DNA from: an uncultured archaeon
GTDB taxonomy: Archaea > Asgardarchaeota > Thorarchaeia > Thorarchaeales > Thorarchaeaceae
Direction: 5' to 3'
NCBI GenBank assembly: GCA_964458565.1
Contig: CAYWJO010000001.1
Location: 1-64,000, forward strand
DNA: 64,000 bases
The position numbers and the translations under genes are program-made. Positions 38,451-48,172 of the stretch are shown here, in pieces. The notes below the pieces were generated by a model. That model saw nothing but the letters and a program-made list of their open reading frames with translations, searched no databases and was not told the origin of the DNA. Each line of letters begins with the position of its first letter. Position 1 is the first letter of the stretch.

Positions 38451-40442
38451 ATGTTCCATTCATCCGAGGCCAGCAATATGCAAGAAAAAAGGATTGGCGT
38501 CTACCTCTGCCATTGTGGAAGTAACATAGCAGGAGTTGTTGACATAGAGAAAACAATGAAGGCTATGAAGAATCTCAAAGGAGTTGTACATGTAGAGGAT
38601 TACAAATACGTGTGTTCAAAACCTGGACAGCAGATGCTTATTGACAGCATCAAGAAATTTAACCTGGACGGAGTCGTGATTGGTTCATGTTCGCCACGGA
38701 TGCATGAATTGACTTTCAGAAACACACTTCGACGAGCTGGACTCAATCCATTTTTGTTGGAGATTGCAAATCTCAGAGAGCATAATTCATGGATACATTC
38801 CGACGAACCAGAAGCTGCAACGGAGAAAGCTATCGATTTAATGCGAATGGCGGTTGCTCGAGCTCGATTATTGGAATCTCTTGATGAACCAGAAGTTGAG
38901 ATTAAGAAAACAACCATGGTGATTGGAGCAGGAATAGCAGGGATTTCCGCAGCTCTTGATCTTGCTAATGCGGGATTCAAAGTACATCTGGTTGAGAAGG
39001 AACCCACTATAGGCGGGAAAATGGCAAGATGGGACAAGACGTTTCCAACCCTAGACTGTTCAAGTTGTATCCTCACACCGCGAATGGCAGAAGTTGGAAG
39101 TCATCCCAGCATCAATTTGTTAACCATGGCGGAGGTAGATGAAGTTGATGGCTATGTAGGGAATTTCCAAGTAACAATCAAGCAGAAACCTCGATATGTT
39201 GACATTGAGAAGTGCACCTCATGTGGAGACTGTTCTGAGATATGTCCCGTGGATATACCCTCTGAGTTTGATGCGAATCTTACCTATCGCAAGGCGATAT
39301 ACATTCCATTCGCACAGGCAGTACCCTCATCTTACTTACTAGACATGGATAATTGTCTTGGAGTGGATGCGGTACGATGTGGAAAATGCAAAGATAAGTG
39401 TGGAGCTGAGGCTATCAATTATGATGATTCTGAGAGAACCATAAATCTCACTGTTGGCACCATTATTGTTTCTACAGGCTTTGAATTATTTGATGCTGCA
39501 ATAAAGGAGGAATATGGATTCGGAATATATCCCAATGTCGTAAACATTGGTGAAGTTGAAAGAATGCTTAGCTCAGCGGGTCCAACGGCGGGGCATATTG
39601 TGAGACCCTCTGATCTCGTAGAACCCAAGAAGATAGTTTACATACAATGTGTTGGAAGTCGTGACGAGAGAACGAACAAGTACTGTTCCCGGGTGTGTTG
39701 CATGACAGCAATAAAGCAAGCACGAATGATACGGGATAAAACTGGAGCACAGATTTGGATCTTTTACATCGACCTTAGAACTTTCGGAAAAGGCTATGAG
39801 GAGTTCTATGAGTCCACCGCCTCTGCAGGAGTTCAATTCGTACGAGGGCGTGTAGGAGAGATTCTTCAAAATGATAAAACAGACCAATTGATTGTACGGG
39901 GTGAAGATACACTTCTTGGTAAACCAATCTTTCTAAATGATATAGACCTCGTTGTGCTTTCAACGGGCGTAGTATCGCCCCCTTCAGCAGACAAGGTGGT
40001 AAGGGTTTTGAACCTCAGTAAATCTCCAGACGGATTCCTTATGGAAGCGCATCCCAAACTAAGACCCGTTGACTCATTTAATGAGGGAATCTTTGTTGCA
40101 GGCATGGCACAAGGTCCTAAAGATATCCCAGACACAGTTGCTCAAGCAAAGGCTGCAGCGTCTGGTGCAATGGCACTCATGGGTAGGGGAAAAATTACCA
40201 TTGAACCATATTACTCTGTAGTTGATGAAGATCGGTGTGTAGGGTGTCAGGTCTGCATTTCTGTTTGTCCATACAATGCCATCGCTCTTAATGATAGAGA
40301 GCGAGCTGAGGTCAATCCTGCTCTCTGTAAAGGGTGTGGTACATGCACTGCAACATGTCCTAGTGGTGCGATTCGTTCACAACATTATACAGACGGTCAA
40401 ATAGCGGCTATGATTCAGGAATATCTGTCTGCTGAGGAATAA
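38451..40442 (+). CDS. hdrA: Heterodisulfide reductase subunit A (Cys form)
   Basis: CHCGSNI, GAGIAG, 'KTFPTLDCSSC', 'QCVGSRD', 'CSRVCC', HPKLRPV, GPKDI, ferredoxin motifs. Confidence 0.95.
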   Translation: MFHSSEASNMQEKRIGVYLCHCGSNIAGVVDIEKTMKAMKNLKGVVHVEDYKYVCSKPGQQMLIDSIKKFNLDGVVIGSCSPRMHELTFRNTLRRAGLNPFLLEIANLREHNSWIHSDEPEAATEKAIDLMRMAVARARLLESLDEPEVEIKKTTMVIGAGIAGISAALDLANAGFKVHLVEKEPTIGGKMARWDKTFPTLDCSSCILTPRMAEVGSHPSINLLTMAEVDEVDGYVGNFQVTIKQKPRYVDIEKCTSCGDCSEICPVDIPSEFDANLTYRKAIYIPFAQAVPSSYLLDMDNCLGVDAVRCGKCKDKCGAEAINYDDSERTINLTVGTIIVSTGFELFDAAIKEEYGFGIYPNVVNIGEVERMLSSAGPTAGHIVRPSDLVEPKKIVYIQCVGSRDERTNKYCSRVCCMTAIKQARMIRDKTGAQIWIFYIDLRTFGKGYEEFYESTASAGVQFVRGRVGEILQNDKTDQLIVRGEDTLLGKPIFLNDIDLVVLSTGVVSPPSADKVVRVLNLSKSPDGFLMEAHPKLRPVDSFNEGIFVAGMAQGPKDIPDTVAQAKAAASGAMALMGRGKITIEPYYSVVDEDRCVGCQVCISVCPYNAIALNDRERAEVNPALCKGCGTCTATCPSGAIRSQHYTDGQIAAMIQEYLSAEE

Positions 40443-40493
40443 GAATTTCTGACGATAAAAAGTACTATTCCAAGTTATCAGAAGTGAAAATAG

Positions 40494-41123
40494 ATGAACA
40501 AATCAGAACTGACTGTAGGTATTCTTGCGGGTGGTGAATCAACGCGGTTCAAGTCTGAGAAGGCTTTGGCAAAATTTCGAGAGAAAACGCTTGTAGCAAC
40601 AATGGTGGATATTGGCAAAGCACTTTCAAGCAATGTAATGATTGTTGCATCAAGTGAAGAGCAGAAAGCCAAACTAAATACAGTAGTAAACGCGATATCA
40701 ATAATTGTGGACCCAGAAGATTGTGTACGCTGCGCACTTACAGGTACTATCACTGCTCTTGAGTTTTCGGAAACCAAATATACCATGATACTCCCGGTGG
40801 ATACGCCACTAGCGAAAGTGTCTGTCTTACGTACGATTGCTAAACTCGTACCAGGACATGGAGCTGTAGTTCCAACGTGGCCCAACGGGTACATCGAACC
40901 ACTACACTCGGTTTACCTCTCGGAGCATGCATATGCAAAGGGTGTGGATCTGTTAGAAAAAGGGAATCTGAAAATGAGTAAATTTCTGGACACTCTGACC
41001 AATGTGCTCTATGTGTCAACAGAGGTTTTAAAACACCAAGACCCAAACTTGGAAACCTTTGCCAATATTAACACTGAAGGAGACCTTAGACATCTTGAAA
41101 ACAGTGGAAAATCTAGAGGTTAA
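40494..41123 (+). CDS. mobA: Molybdenum cofactor guanylyltransferase
   Basis: 'ILAGGESTRF..EKA', 'PVDTP', 'EPLHSVY', 'NINT'. Confidence 0.9.
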   Translation: MNKSELTVGILAGGESTRFKSEKALAKFREKTLVATMVDIGKALSSNVMIVASSEEQKAKLNTVVNAISIIVDPEDCVRCALTGTITALEFSETKYTMILPVDTPLAKVSVLRTIAKLVPGHGAVVPTWPNGYIEPLHSVYLSEHAYAKGVDLLEKGNLKMSKFLDTLTNVLYVSTEVLKHQDPNLETFANINTEGDLRHLENSGKSRG

Positions 41124-42210
41124 GGTTTTCTAGTCTTATTCTACAAGTACCTTCATGACCTACCATACATGGACCATAAGGATTTGCCACTGTACATCTA
41201 CTACCAAACAACGAGCAATCCTCAGGTTTGGTTATACCTAAAATAACTTCATGGCAGCGACATCCGGGAAGAATATCGATTGAGTCGGTTATCGGTATAT
41301 TGAATTTAGCACGTGAATCAAATTCTTGAAACTCATCTTTCAAGTAGTAGCCGGACTTTGGAATAATTCCAAGCCCGCGCCAAGGTGCATCATCAATCCT
41401 AAATACTTCATTAAGAATTCGAATTGCGTTCAGATTGCCTTCTGGTTTTACAACACGTGTATATTCATTCTCGGAATCACTACGCCCTTCATCTATTTGT
41501 AAAAGAAGCATACGTATAGACTCAAGTACATCAAGGGCTTCAAACCCAGCTGCTACACAGGGAACACCATATTTCTTCGCTATTGGTTCATATACCCTTG
41601 TTCCAATGATAGCTGAAACATGTCCAGGTGTTATGAACCCATCAACCGCAAATCCCTCGATATTTACTAAAAGTTCCATAGCAGGGGGGATCAATTTCAA
41701 GGACGTGAGAATTGAGAAATTCTCAGGAGGGCCTCGGAGGATTTCAACAGCCATTGTTGGTGCAGTTGTTTCAAATCCAACACCCACAAAAACCACGTCT
41801 TTATCTGGATTTTTTCTTGCAATCTCGATGGCATCATTGACTCCATAGATTATTCTGACATCCGCACCAGATGTTTTCTCTTTAGAGAGTGATGATGAAG
41901 TTGAAGGGACTCGGATCATGTCACCGAATGTTGTGATGGTAACGCCAGCTTTTGCTAGTTCGATGGCCATATCAACATCCTCAGCAGAACAGACGCAAAC
42001 CGGACAACCCGGTCCAGCTACTAATTCTATACTAGAGGGAAGTAGAGTCCTAAGTCCATGTTGACTAATGGTGTCTTCATGCGTTCCACATACATGGACG
42101 ATTCTTGTGTTCCGGCCTGCATTCAATCGAGTGAGTTCATTTACGAGCGCTTGAGTATATTTCTGCAAATTTGCTCTATCATGCTTCAGCACATTGTTCC
42201 ACTCTGACAT
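41113..42210 (-). CDS. hypD: Hydrogenase maturation protein HypD
   Basis: CGTHE, GPGCPVC, GFETT, PGHVS, GPCMV..EGTC. Confidence 0.97.
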   Translation of the reverse strand: MSEWNNVLKHDRANLQKYTQALVNELTRLNAGRNTRIVHVCGTHEDTISQHGLRTLLPSSIELVAGPGCPVCVCSAEDVDMAIELAKAGVTITTFGDMIRVPSTSSSLSKEKTSGADVRIIYGVNDAIEIARKNPDKDVVFVGVGFETTAPTMAVEILRGPPENFSILTSLKLIPPAMELLVNIEGFAVDGFITPGHVSAIIGTRVYEPIAKKYGVPCVAAGFEALDVLESIRMLLLQIDEGRSDSENEYTRVVKPEGNLNAIRILNEVFRIDDAPWRGLGIIPKSGYYLKDEFQEFDSRAKFNIPITDSIDILPGCRCHEVILGITKPEDCSLFGSRCTVANPYGPCMVGHEGTCRIRLENLNL

Positions 42211-42261
42211 CTACTAAGTGATGTATAATATAAAAGAACGACTCTATAGTGGTAGGAGTAT

Positions 42262-42468
42262 TTATTCTAGAGAGTCGGCAAGAATTACTAGTGCTTCGCC
42301 AAATGAGATTGACAATTTACTCGCAAGTTCGCGAGGTGTAATATTGGGGGTTCTAGGTAAAATCTCAGTACGAATATATCCAGTAAGGTTGGAATATAAT
42401 GGACTTCTTCGAGCTGTTTCGACAAGTACATCCCACAAAATATTGGACTTGAGGTTTCTTAAGTCCAT
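42262..42468 (-). CDS. Small HTH-like hypothetical protein (68 aa)
   Basis: Start moved to ATG 42468 after GAGG; 'ITPRELASKLSISFGEA' is HTH-like. Confidence 0.55.
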   Translation of the reverse strand: MDLRNLKSNILWDVLVETARRSPLYSNLTGYIRTEILPRTPNITPRELASKLSISFGEALVILADSLE

Positions 42469-42807
42469 ATCCTCAAATAATGAGGAACTGGGAGTGTGTT
42501 TTTTTGGAACAATTACATCTGCAGTTGGTTTGGAAAACTCATTAAATGATTTGTCATTAATCTTGACTTGTTTCAACTGTTCTGCACTCCATCCCGGCAA
42601 AGCCCAACATGGGCTAACTTGTTATGGTAGCTTATAGGTTAAAAGCCTTGGGGAATCTTGCACACAAACGCGCCATCAGTGACTTATAATAAACAGAGTA
42701 TCTAATAAATATGATATTTGTCTTAATAATGGATATAATGTCCTCTGTAGTAAGGTTTAACAAGTAATTATATAGGAAATCGAATATCCCGACCTAAAAG
42801 GTCGAAG

Positions 42808-43122
42808 TTGGGGTTTGATCTTAAAGTGCCTGAAGGCATTCGTCGAATAGTATTAGATGTTTTGAAACCGCACACTCCACGTCTGACAGATCTCGCAATG
42901 ATGTTGTCCAGAGACCCAAATGTTATTGGAGTCAATCTGTCAGTAAAGGAAGTTGATGCTAACACGGAATCAATCACAATAACTCTTGAAGGAAATGAGC
43001 TAGAATTTGATTCAATCAAAGCGATATTGGAAGCTGCAGGAGCTGTAGTGCATTCAATAGACCAAGTTGTCGCTGGAAAAAGATTTGTTGAAGAAGTTAC
43101 GCTACATCCTGAGAACAGTTGA
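42808..43122 (+). CDS. DUF211 family protein
   Basis: 'IRRIVLDVLKPH' and 'GAVVHSIDQVVAG'. Confidence 0.88.
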   Translation: MGFDLKVPEGIRRIVLDVLKPHTPRLTDLAMMLSRDPNVIGVNLSVKEVDANTESITITLEGNELEFDSIKAILEAAGAVVHSIDQVVAGKRFVEEVTLHPENS

Positions 43123-43153
43123 TACAAATTCTTAGTATTAAGAAATCTTGGAG

Positions 43154-43762
43154 TTACTGTTGACCCAGTTGATTCAGTAAATGATTGCTCTCATCATCTA
43201 TCTTCTTGAGAACTATTCTATACACTTCTTGCTCAAAAGCAGAGGGGATTATCTTAACAACATTGCAGAGGCGGTCAACAATCTTCTCAGCAAGTGCCTC
43301 TGATGAGAGCATTGCTCCCCGAACAATAGTACGGACAACTTCTTCTCCAACACTACTCCGAACCACGGAATTGATTACACTCGAAATGGTACCTTTTGGG
43401 TCAACAAAAAAGGGAAAATGGTTACTATCATGAAATTTTACAAATCTCAGCTTTTCAACGATGCTTTCGGTGTACCAATCAATACTTGATTCCTTAATCC
43501 TGAAACGGCTAGCGAATTCTGTCTTTGTTAATGGATTTGGATAACTCCATGGATGTCTTGTAACCACATACAAGGCGGCTGCAAATAATGAGTCAGGTTC
43601 TCTTGGCATTCCTTCGGATGATACATATCTTCTGATAAGGTCAAGTGCTACGTCCTGATATCTAATATCAATACGATTCTCAACAAAGAACTCGTGTGCG
43701 TCACGCACATTACTCACTACTATTTTTGGGCTCACTGCTATAGCGATATCCTCAGAATGCAA
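43154..43762 (-). CDS. Protein with one TFB-like cyclin box plus an unknown C-terminal domain
   Basis: 'PREPDSLFAAALYV...LTKTEFA...IKESSI' aligns with TFB repeat 2 'GRDPLGLAAAAIYV...RTQREIA...VTEVTV'. Confidence 0.6.
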   Translation of the reverse strand: MHSEDIAIAVSPKIVVSNVRDAHEFFVENRIDIRYQDVALDLIRRYVSSEGMPREPDSLFAAALYVVTRHPWSYPNPLTKTEFASRFRIKESSIDWYTESIVEKLRFVKFHDSNHFPFFVDPKGTISSVINSVVRSSVGEEVVRTIVRGAMLSSEALAEKIVDRLCNVVKIIPSAFEQEVYRIVLKKIDDESNHLLNQLGQQ

Positions 43763-43882
43763 TGTTCACAATCTCCTTTGAACTGAGTGATTAACCCGAA
43801 CAACATTTCATCCGTAATCTTTACTTATTACGATTCGTACAGTGGAAAGTGAGGCCTGTTGTTCCGCGCGAATTATTAGTGT

Positions 43883-44500
43883 TCATCGTGCCCGATATAT
43901 CTTTTCTAAGGACCATCTTAGAGTACGTTCGATCTCATCAAGTCGGGTGTCATCACCATAATTACGTACCACTATCTCTTGAAGAATTCCATCATCCGCC
44001 ATTACTTCAAAGTCAAATGCTTCTTCCCATTCCATTAGACCATTTTCTACATTCACCCTATCTTCTTGTTGGAATGAACCTAAAATCTTCTCAACAAAGA
44101 AACGTGCGAATGCACCACGTTTTATATCATAGAGAGCGTGAGATGCGGGAACTACCTTCAAAGTGTTACCAGCAACCTCAATTGTTGCAAGCTCCAAATC
44201 CTTATCCTTCGCACGGATTGTAATTGTTCTATCTTCGTCTGTGACTCCAATATCGGAAGGTTCTGGTTCTACTACAGGTTCACTCTCAAACTTACCAAGA
44301 GCTGTATCAGCTGTACTAAAACTGCCTGTACCAATTGTTGAATCCAACGCCTGGATGTACTCCTCAATTTGCGTTATACGATTCTGTAAGTTCACTAATT
44401 CATCTTCAAGATCTTTTCGCAATTGCAATAGGATTTGAATTCGAGGGTCTTCCAATATAGTCACCTGTAATCGACTCGTGAACAATTCTACTTGTTTCAC
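43883..44500 (-). CDS. Conserved hypothetical protein with N-terminal coiled coil
   Basis: Long ORF; likely start TTG 44455 after GGTGA. Confidence 0.65.
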   Translation of the reverse strand: MKQVELFTSRLQVTILEDPRIQILLQLRKDLEDELVNLQNRITQIEEYIQALDSTIGTGSFSTADTALGKFESEPVVEPEPSDIGVTDEDRTITIRAKDKDLELATIEVAGNTLKVVPASHALYDIKRGAFARFFVEKILGSFQQEDRVNVENGLMEWEEAFDFEVMADDGILQEIVVRNYGDDTRLDEIERTLRWSLEKIYRAR

Positions 44501-44556
44501 AAGTATTTATTGTCGTGTAATATATCAAGTCATTTCTATTAGATTTGAAGGCAAAT

Positions 44557-44778
44557 CTATTCAGATGTGTGAACGGAAATTGCAAAATCTGGACAATGAA
44601 CCTCACACAGTTTGCAGACCTTACACGCCTCAAGATTAATTACGCGGGGTAAAAAGAACCCACGATTGTCAACAGTGTCAGATTGTTCAAGAACACCATG
44701 AGGACAGACGAATATGCAAATGTGGCACCCCTTGCATAAACGAGGGTCTATCAATATTCTCGCGGCGCTCTTTGCCAT
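44557..44778 (-). CDS. 2[4Fe-4S] ferredoxin (2-oxoacid oxidoreductase delta-like)
   Basis: CKGCHICIFVCP and CKVCKLCEVHCPDFAI. Confidence 0.9.
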   Translation of the reverse strand: MAKSAARILIDPRLCKGCHICIFVCPHGVLEQSDTVDNRGFFLPRVINLEACKVCKLCEVHCPDFAISVHTSE

Positions 44779-44865
44779 AATAGTCTACTCCAATCGGGAC
44801 CCAGTCTATCAAAGATATAATGATTCTCATGTAACCATATAGAGCCATGATTATATACTCTTAAC

Positions 44866-45606
44866 GTGAATAGTATATTGAGTTCGGTTGTGAATGAATT
44901 GAAACAATATTTCGTTTTCATGTGCTCTAAATGCAGAAATTTTACTCTTGCACCAATAACCCAGAAGAGCAGAAGATGTAGCTATTGTGGTAGTATCATA
45001 GACATCAAAAAAGCTGCGAAGGCTCTATTCGAAACACCTGAAACAGCCACGAAAGCAGTCAAGGAGTTTAATGCAAGAGGCTCAGATGAATTCGAGAAGG
45101 CAGTTGAGCGCTCAAAAGAGCGTGTGAAGAGTTTGTTGCCTAAAGAACGTATTGAAGCTGAAAGTTTGGATTCAAGAGGACAAGATCTCCCGTCTGGTAA
45201 GACGCAAAGACTTATGCTACTACTAGAAAGAGAGGCCAAAGACAAACCAAGATCGTTAGGTGAAATCGAGGGATTGTGCAATCGTTATCAATTAGAGTGG
45301 GCATGGGTTGAAGAACAGCTGAGCAAATTATCAAATGCAGGTGTTGTGATTTTTCCTCGACCCTGGACTTTGAAACTTGTTCCATCTGTTGAGACCACAG
45401 ACAACGAGAGAGGTAACATTGTAGATGTGTCTAAAGAGATAATGGAGTTTTTACGTCAGAAAGGGAATCAAACAACACTGCAGAGAATTGTATCCTATTT
45501 TGAAACCAAAGGAGTATCAAAGGCATCAGTAGAATCATCACTAGCAAAATTATTGCGAGATGGCGAGATATTCGAACCTAAATCAGGAACTGTTAATCTA
45601 GTATAA
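44866..45606 (+). CDS. DUF1922-like Zn ribbon plus winged-helix protein
   Basis: 'CSKC', 'CSYCG'; two wHTH-like ends 'LSNAGVVIFPRP' and 'LLRDGEIFEPKSG'. Confidence 0.65.
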   Translation: MNSILSSVVNELKQYFVFMCSKCRNFTLAPITQKSRRCSYCGSIIDIKKAAKALFETPETATKAVKEFNARGSDEFEKAVERSKERVKSLLPKERIEAESLDSRGQDLPSGKTQRLMLLLEREAKDKPRSLGEIEGLCNRYQLEWAWVEEQLSKLSNAGVVIFPRPWTLKLVPSVETTDNERGNIVDVSKEIMEFLRQKGNQTTLQRIVSYFETKGVSKASVESSLAKLLRDGEIFEPKSGTVNLV

Positions 45607-45645
45607 CAATTCAGCTAGTTCATTAACACCCATGTATACATAGAT

Positions 45646-46044
45646 GTGAGTAAAATGCCAATGGTAGAACTTGTAGCAAAGAGAACTATCGAAAAGCATC
45701 CAGATATCGGTCTGAGTGTGATAGATCTAATAGTTTTACTATGGCTGTATTCGAATCCCTACTCCACAAGCCGCCGTCAAATATCAAGCATCAAATTCGT
45801 TCTTAAAATGAGTGAAACCTTGCAGTCACCGGATGGTAAGATTCCCATTACTGAGGACGAATTAACGCAACTGGTACTTGGAAGCTTACAGCGATTGAAA
45901 AGCAAGGGATATGTCTATCTACGATCAGCTGGTGTACACTACGTCATAGGCACATTGACTCAAGCAGCAATTGACCTAGCGGACAAAAATATAACCAAAC
46001 CAGCATTACGAAGAGTCACATCAGAATTTGGCAACAATCCATAG
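45646..46044 (+). CDS. Winged-helix hypothetical protein
   Basis: 'SLQRLKSKGYV...LTQAA' MarR/PadR-like wing. Confidence 0.55.
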   Translation: MSKMPMVELVAKRTIEKHPDIGLSVIDLIVLLWLYSNPYSTSRRQISSIKFVLKMSETLQSPDGKIPITEDELTQLVLGSLQRLKSKGYVYLRSAGVHYVIGTLTQAAIDLADKNITKPALRRVTSEFGNNP

Positions 46045-46098
46045 TTAATTCTCACACCTTTCGGAAGTTTTAAATGTAAAATTCAAGCGGCTCCTCCT

Positions 46099-46290
46099 TA
46101 ACGCTCTCTGTAGATGATCGTTTAGGAACTGATGGAATCAGTGCAAGCCTCTAGTTCTGCTCGCGAGAACGGCTTGTATACGTGTGCCGGTATGTTCCTT
46201 AGTGGTTGTTTGAGGGTGTAATACAGAACAGTTCACACAGACTGGTCTAGTGACTGGTCTATTTGAAGTTCGTATCACCGGAAGTGATAG
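46099..46290 (+). promoter_or_regulatory. Structured 5' leader of the ribosomal protein operon
   Basis: TTTTAAA TATA near 46068; long G-U-rich helix, internal hairpins and a hairpin over the SD-like site. Confidence 0.6.
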
Positions 46291-46758
46291 ATGATGCCAT
46301 CGTATCGATACTCCATAATAGGAATTGACCCAGATAGAACTGCAGTAGCTAGTGGCAGGGATATGAGGGTTTCTCCAAAGCAATGTAGAGAAGTCTGCAA
46401 TGCAATCAAAGGTTTAATGGTTGACAAAGCCATCGAACTGTTAGAGAGCGTTATAGAGGAAAAGACATGGATTCCTTACCGACGCCATTATAAAAAACGT
46501 GGACACCACAGTGGAATGAAGAAATGGGCTGCTGGTGGTCATCCAGTAAAGGCTTCACAAGAAATCCTCAAGGTAATTAGAAACGCTGAGGCAAACGCAG
46601 ACAACAAAGGGCTCGATATAGATCGACTTCGAATTATGCATGCTGTAACACATCGTGGCAGAGCATACAAGAAGTTTATCGAAAGAGCTTTTGGGAGGAG
46701 TACTCCTTATGTTGAGAACACAAGTCACGTTGAAATTGTTGTGGAGGAGATAATGTAA
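46291..46758 (+). CDS. rpl22: Ribosomal protein uL22
   Basis: 'RVSPK..REVC', 'NAEANA', 'RAFGR'. Confidence 0.96.
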   Translation: MMPSYRYSIIGIDPDRTAVASGRDMRVSPKQCREVCNAIKGLMVDKAIELLESVIEEKTWIPYRRHYKKRGHHSGMKKWAAGGHPVKASQEILKVIRNAEANADNKGLDIDRLRIMHAVTHRGRAYKKFIERAFGRSTPYVENTSHVEIVVEEIM

Positions 46759-47681
46759 TGTCAGCATTGAAGTATTTCATAGAACAAAATGCCAGGCGTT
46801 TAATGATCGACGAATTCCTTGCTAAGGAACTTAATTCTGCAGGATATGGTGGTGTTGAAATCCGTAAGATGCCTATGCGAACAGAAGTTATAATTCATGC
46901 ATCAAGACCCGGAGTTGTTATTGGACGCAGAGGGTCAAAGATACGTGAGCTCACAGAAATCCTAGAGTCAGATTATCAAATTGCAAACGTTCAGTTAGAA
47001 GTCAGCGAGATTGAAAACCCATGGCTCAATGCACAAGTGATGTCATCAAGACTAGCTAGACAGCTTGAAAGAGGTGTCCGATTCAGAAGGATGGCATATT
47101 GGATACTTCGAAGAGTGATGCGTGCTGGTGCAATTGGTTGTGAAATCATTGTTAAGGGTAAGCTTTCAAGCCGACGTGCAAGATATCAGAAATTTACTCA
47201 AGGAACAATTGCGAAGACAGGGGAACCAGCGGACCTATTTGTAGATGAAGCTGATGATACAGCGATTCTCAAACCTGGTGCAATAGGAATCAAAGTCCGT
47301 ATTATGAAACCTGATTCAAAACTCCCAGGAGTTATTCATGTTAAAAAGCCCAAATACAAGCCGCCACAGGAGGTGGTTCTTGTAGCTCCTGCTTCAGAAT
47401 CAGACATTACTGACGAGGAAGAAATCGTTGAGGCGTCTATGGAGGGAATCACAGACATTGAAGAACTTCGTGAACTTGAAGAACTTGATGGCTTAGAATT
47501 GGTTGATGAGGAAAAAGACGAGGATAAGAAAGAAACGGTAGCGAAGTCACCTCCTAAAACTGTGGAACCAGAAATCACTGATGATGATTCAGATAAGACA
47601 GACTCCGAGATTGAAGAAAGCACCCTGAAAGAGTTAGAGGAACTCGATGAACTTGATATAGTGGACGGGGAGGAAGACTAA
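46758..47681 (+). CDS. rps3: Ribosomal protein uS3 with long acidic tail
   Basis: KH motif 'PGVVIGRRG', 'GAIGCEI', 'GIKVRI'. Confidence 0.96.
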   Translation: MSALKYFIEQNARRLMIDEFLAKELNSAGYGGVEIRKMPMRTEVIIHASRPGVVIGRRGSKIRELTEILESDYQIANVQLEVSEIENPWLNAQVMSSRLARQLERGVRFRRMAYWILRRVMRAGAIGCEIIVKGKLSSRRARYQKFTQGTIAKTGEPADLFVDEADDTAILKPGAIGIKVRIMKPDSKLPGVIHVKKPKYKPPQEVVLVAPASESDITDEEEIVEASMEGITDIEELRELEELDGLELVDEEKDEDKKETVAKSPPKTVEPEITDDDSDKTDSEIEESTLKELEELDELDIVDGEED

Positions 47682-47684
47682 CAG

Positions 47685-47894
47685 ATGGCAATGAAACCAA
47701 GAGATATCAGACGACTCACATCAGCAGAGAGAGAGAAACGACTTGCAGAGCTGTACAATGAACTCTCAAGCATAAGAATTCAAACTGCAACGGGCGGTGG
47801 TACAGAGAACCCATATAGAGCTAAAAATGTGAGGAAGTCGATTGCACGGATTCTTACAATTAAAAGAGAAGAAGAGGAGGCAGTGGAAGAGTAA
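47685..47894 (+). CDS. rpl29: Ribosomal protein uL29
   Basis: 'RKSIARILT'; operon position. Confidence 0.95.
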   Translation: MAMKPRDIRRLTSAEREKRLAELYNELSSIRIQTATGGGTENPYRAKNVRKSIARILTIKREEEEAVEE

Positions 47895-48172
47895 TGAATC
47901 CAAGAGAGATTGTAAATCAGGAAATCATTGGACTGCATACAAATGTAGTATCATCCACAGATCCAACTCTCATATCAAGAGGTGGTTTGATTATAGATGA
48001 AACTAGAGAAACCATCAGAGTTCTTGATAATGAAAATGAACTAACCATAGCAAAAACAACCTGTGTCTTTGACTTGGTCGTGCCATCTGGCTTCACGGTT
48101 CGGGTTGATGGACATCATTTGAGAGGGGTTCCTGAAGACAGGCTGAAGATGCGATTGCGTAGGAGATGGTAA
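47894..48172 (+). CDS. rnp1: RNase P protein Rpp29
   Basis: 'EIIGL', 'GLIIDET', 'PEDRLK'. Confidence 0.92.
   Translation: MNPREIVNQEIIGLHTNVVSSTDPTLISRGGLIIDETRETIRVLDNENELTIAKTTCVFDLVVPSGFTVRVDGHHLRGVPEDRLKMRLRRRW

Noticed and set aside
38451-40442. HdrA as a selenoprotein
   Set aside because: The frame is open with no TGA; the position that is Sec in some methanogen HdrAs reads Cys ('DCSSCILTP', TGT)
42218-42637. 139-aa + strand ORF, or a hypC upstream of hypD
   Set aside because: It is the antisense shadow of the small - strand gene, and no MCLAIP-type HypC start was found
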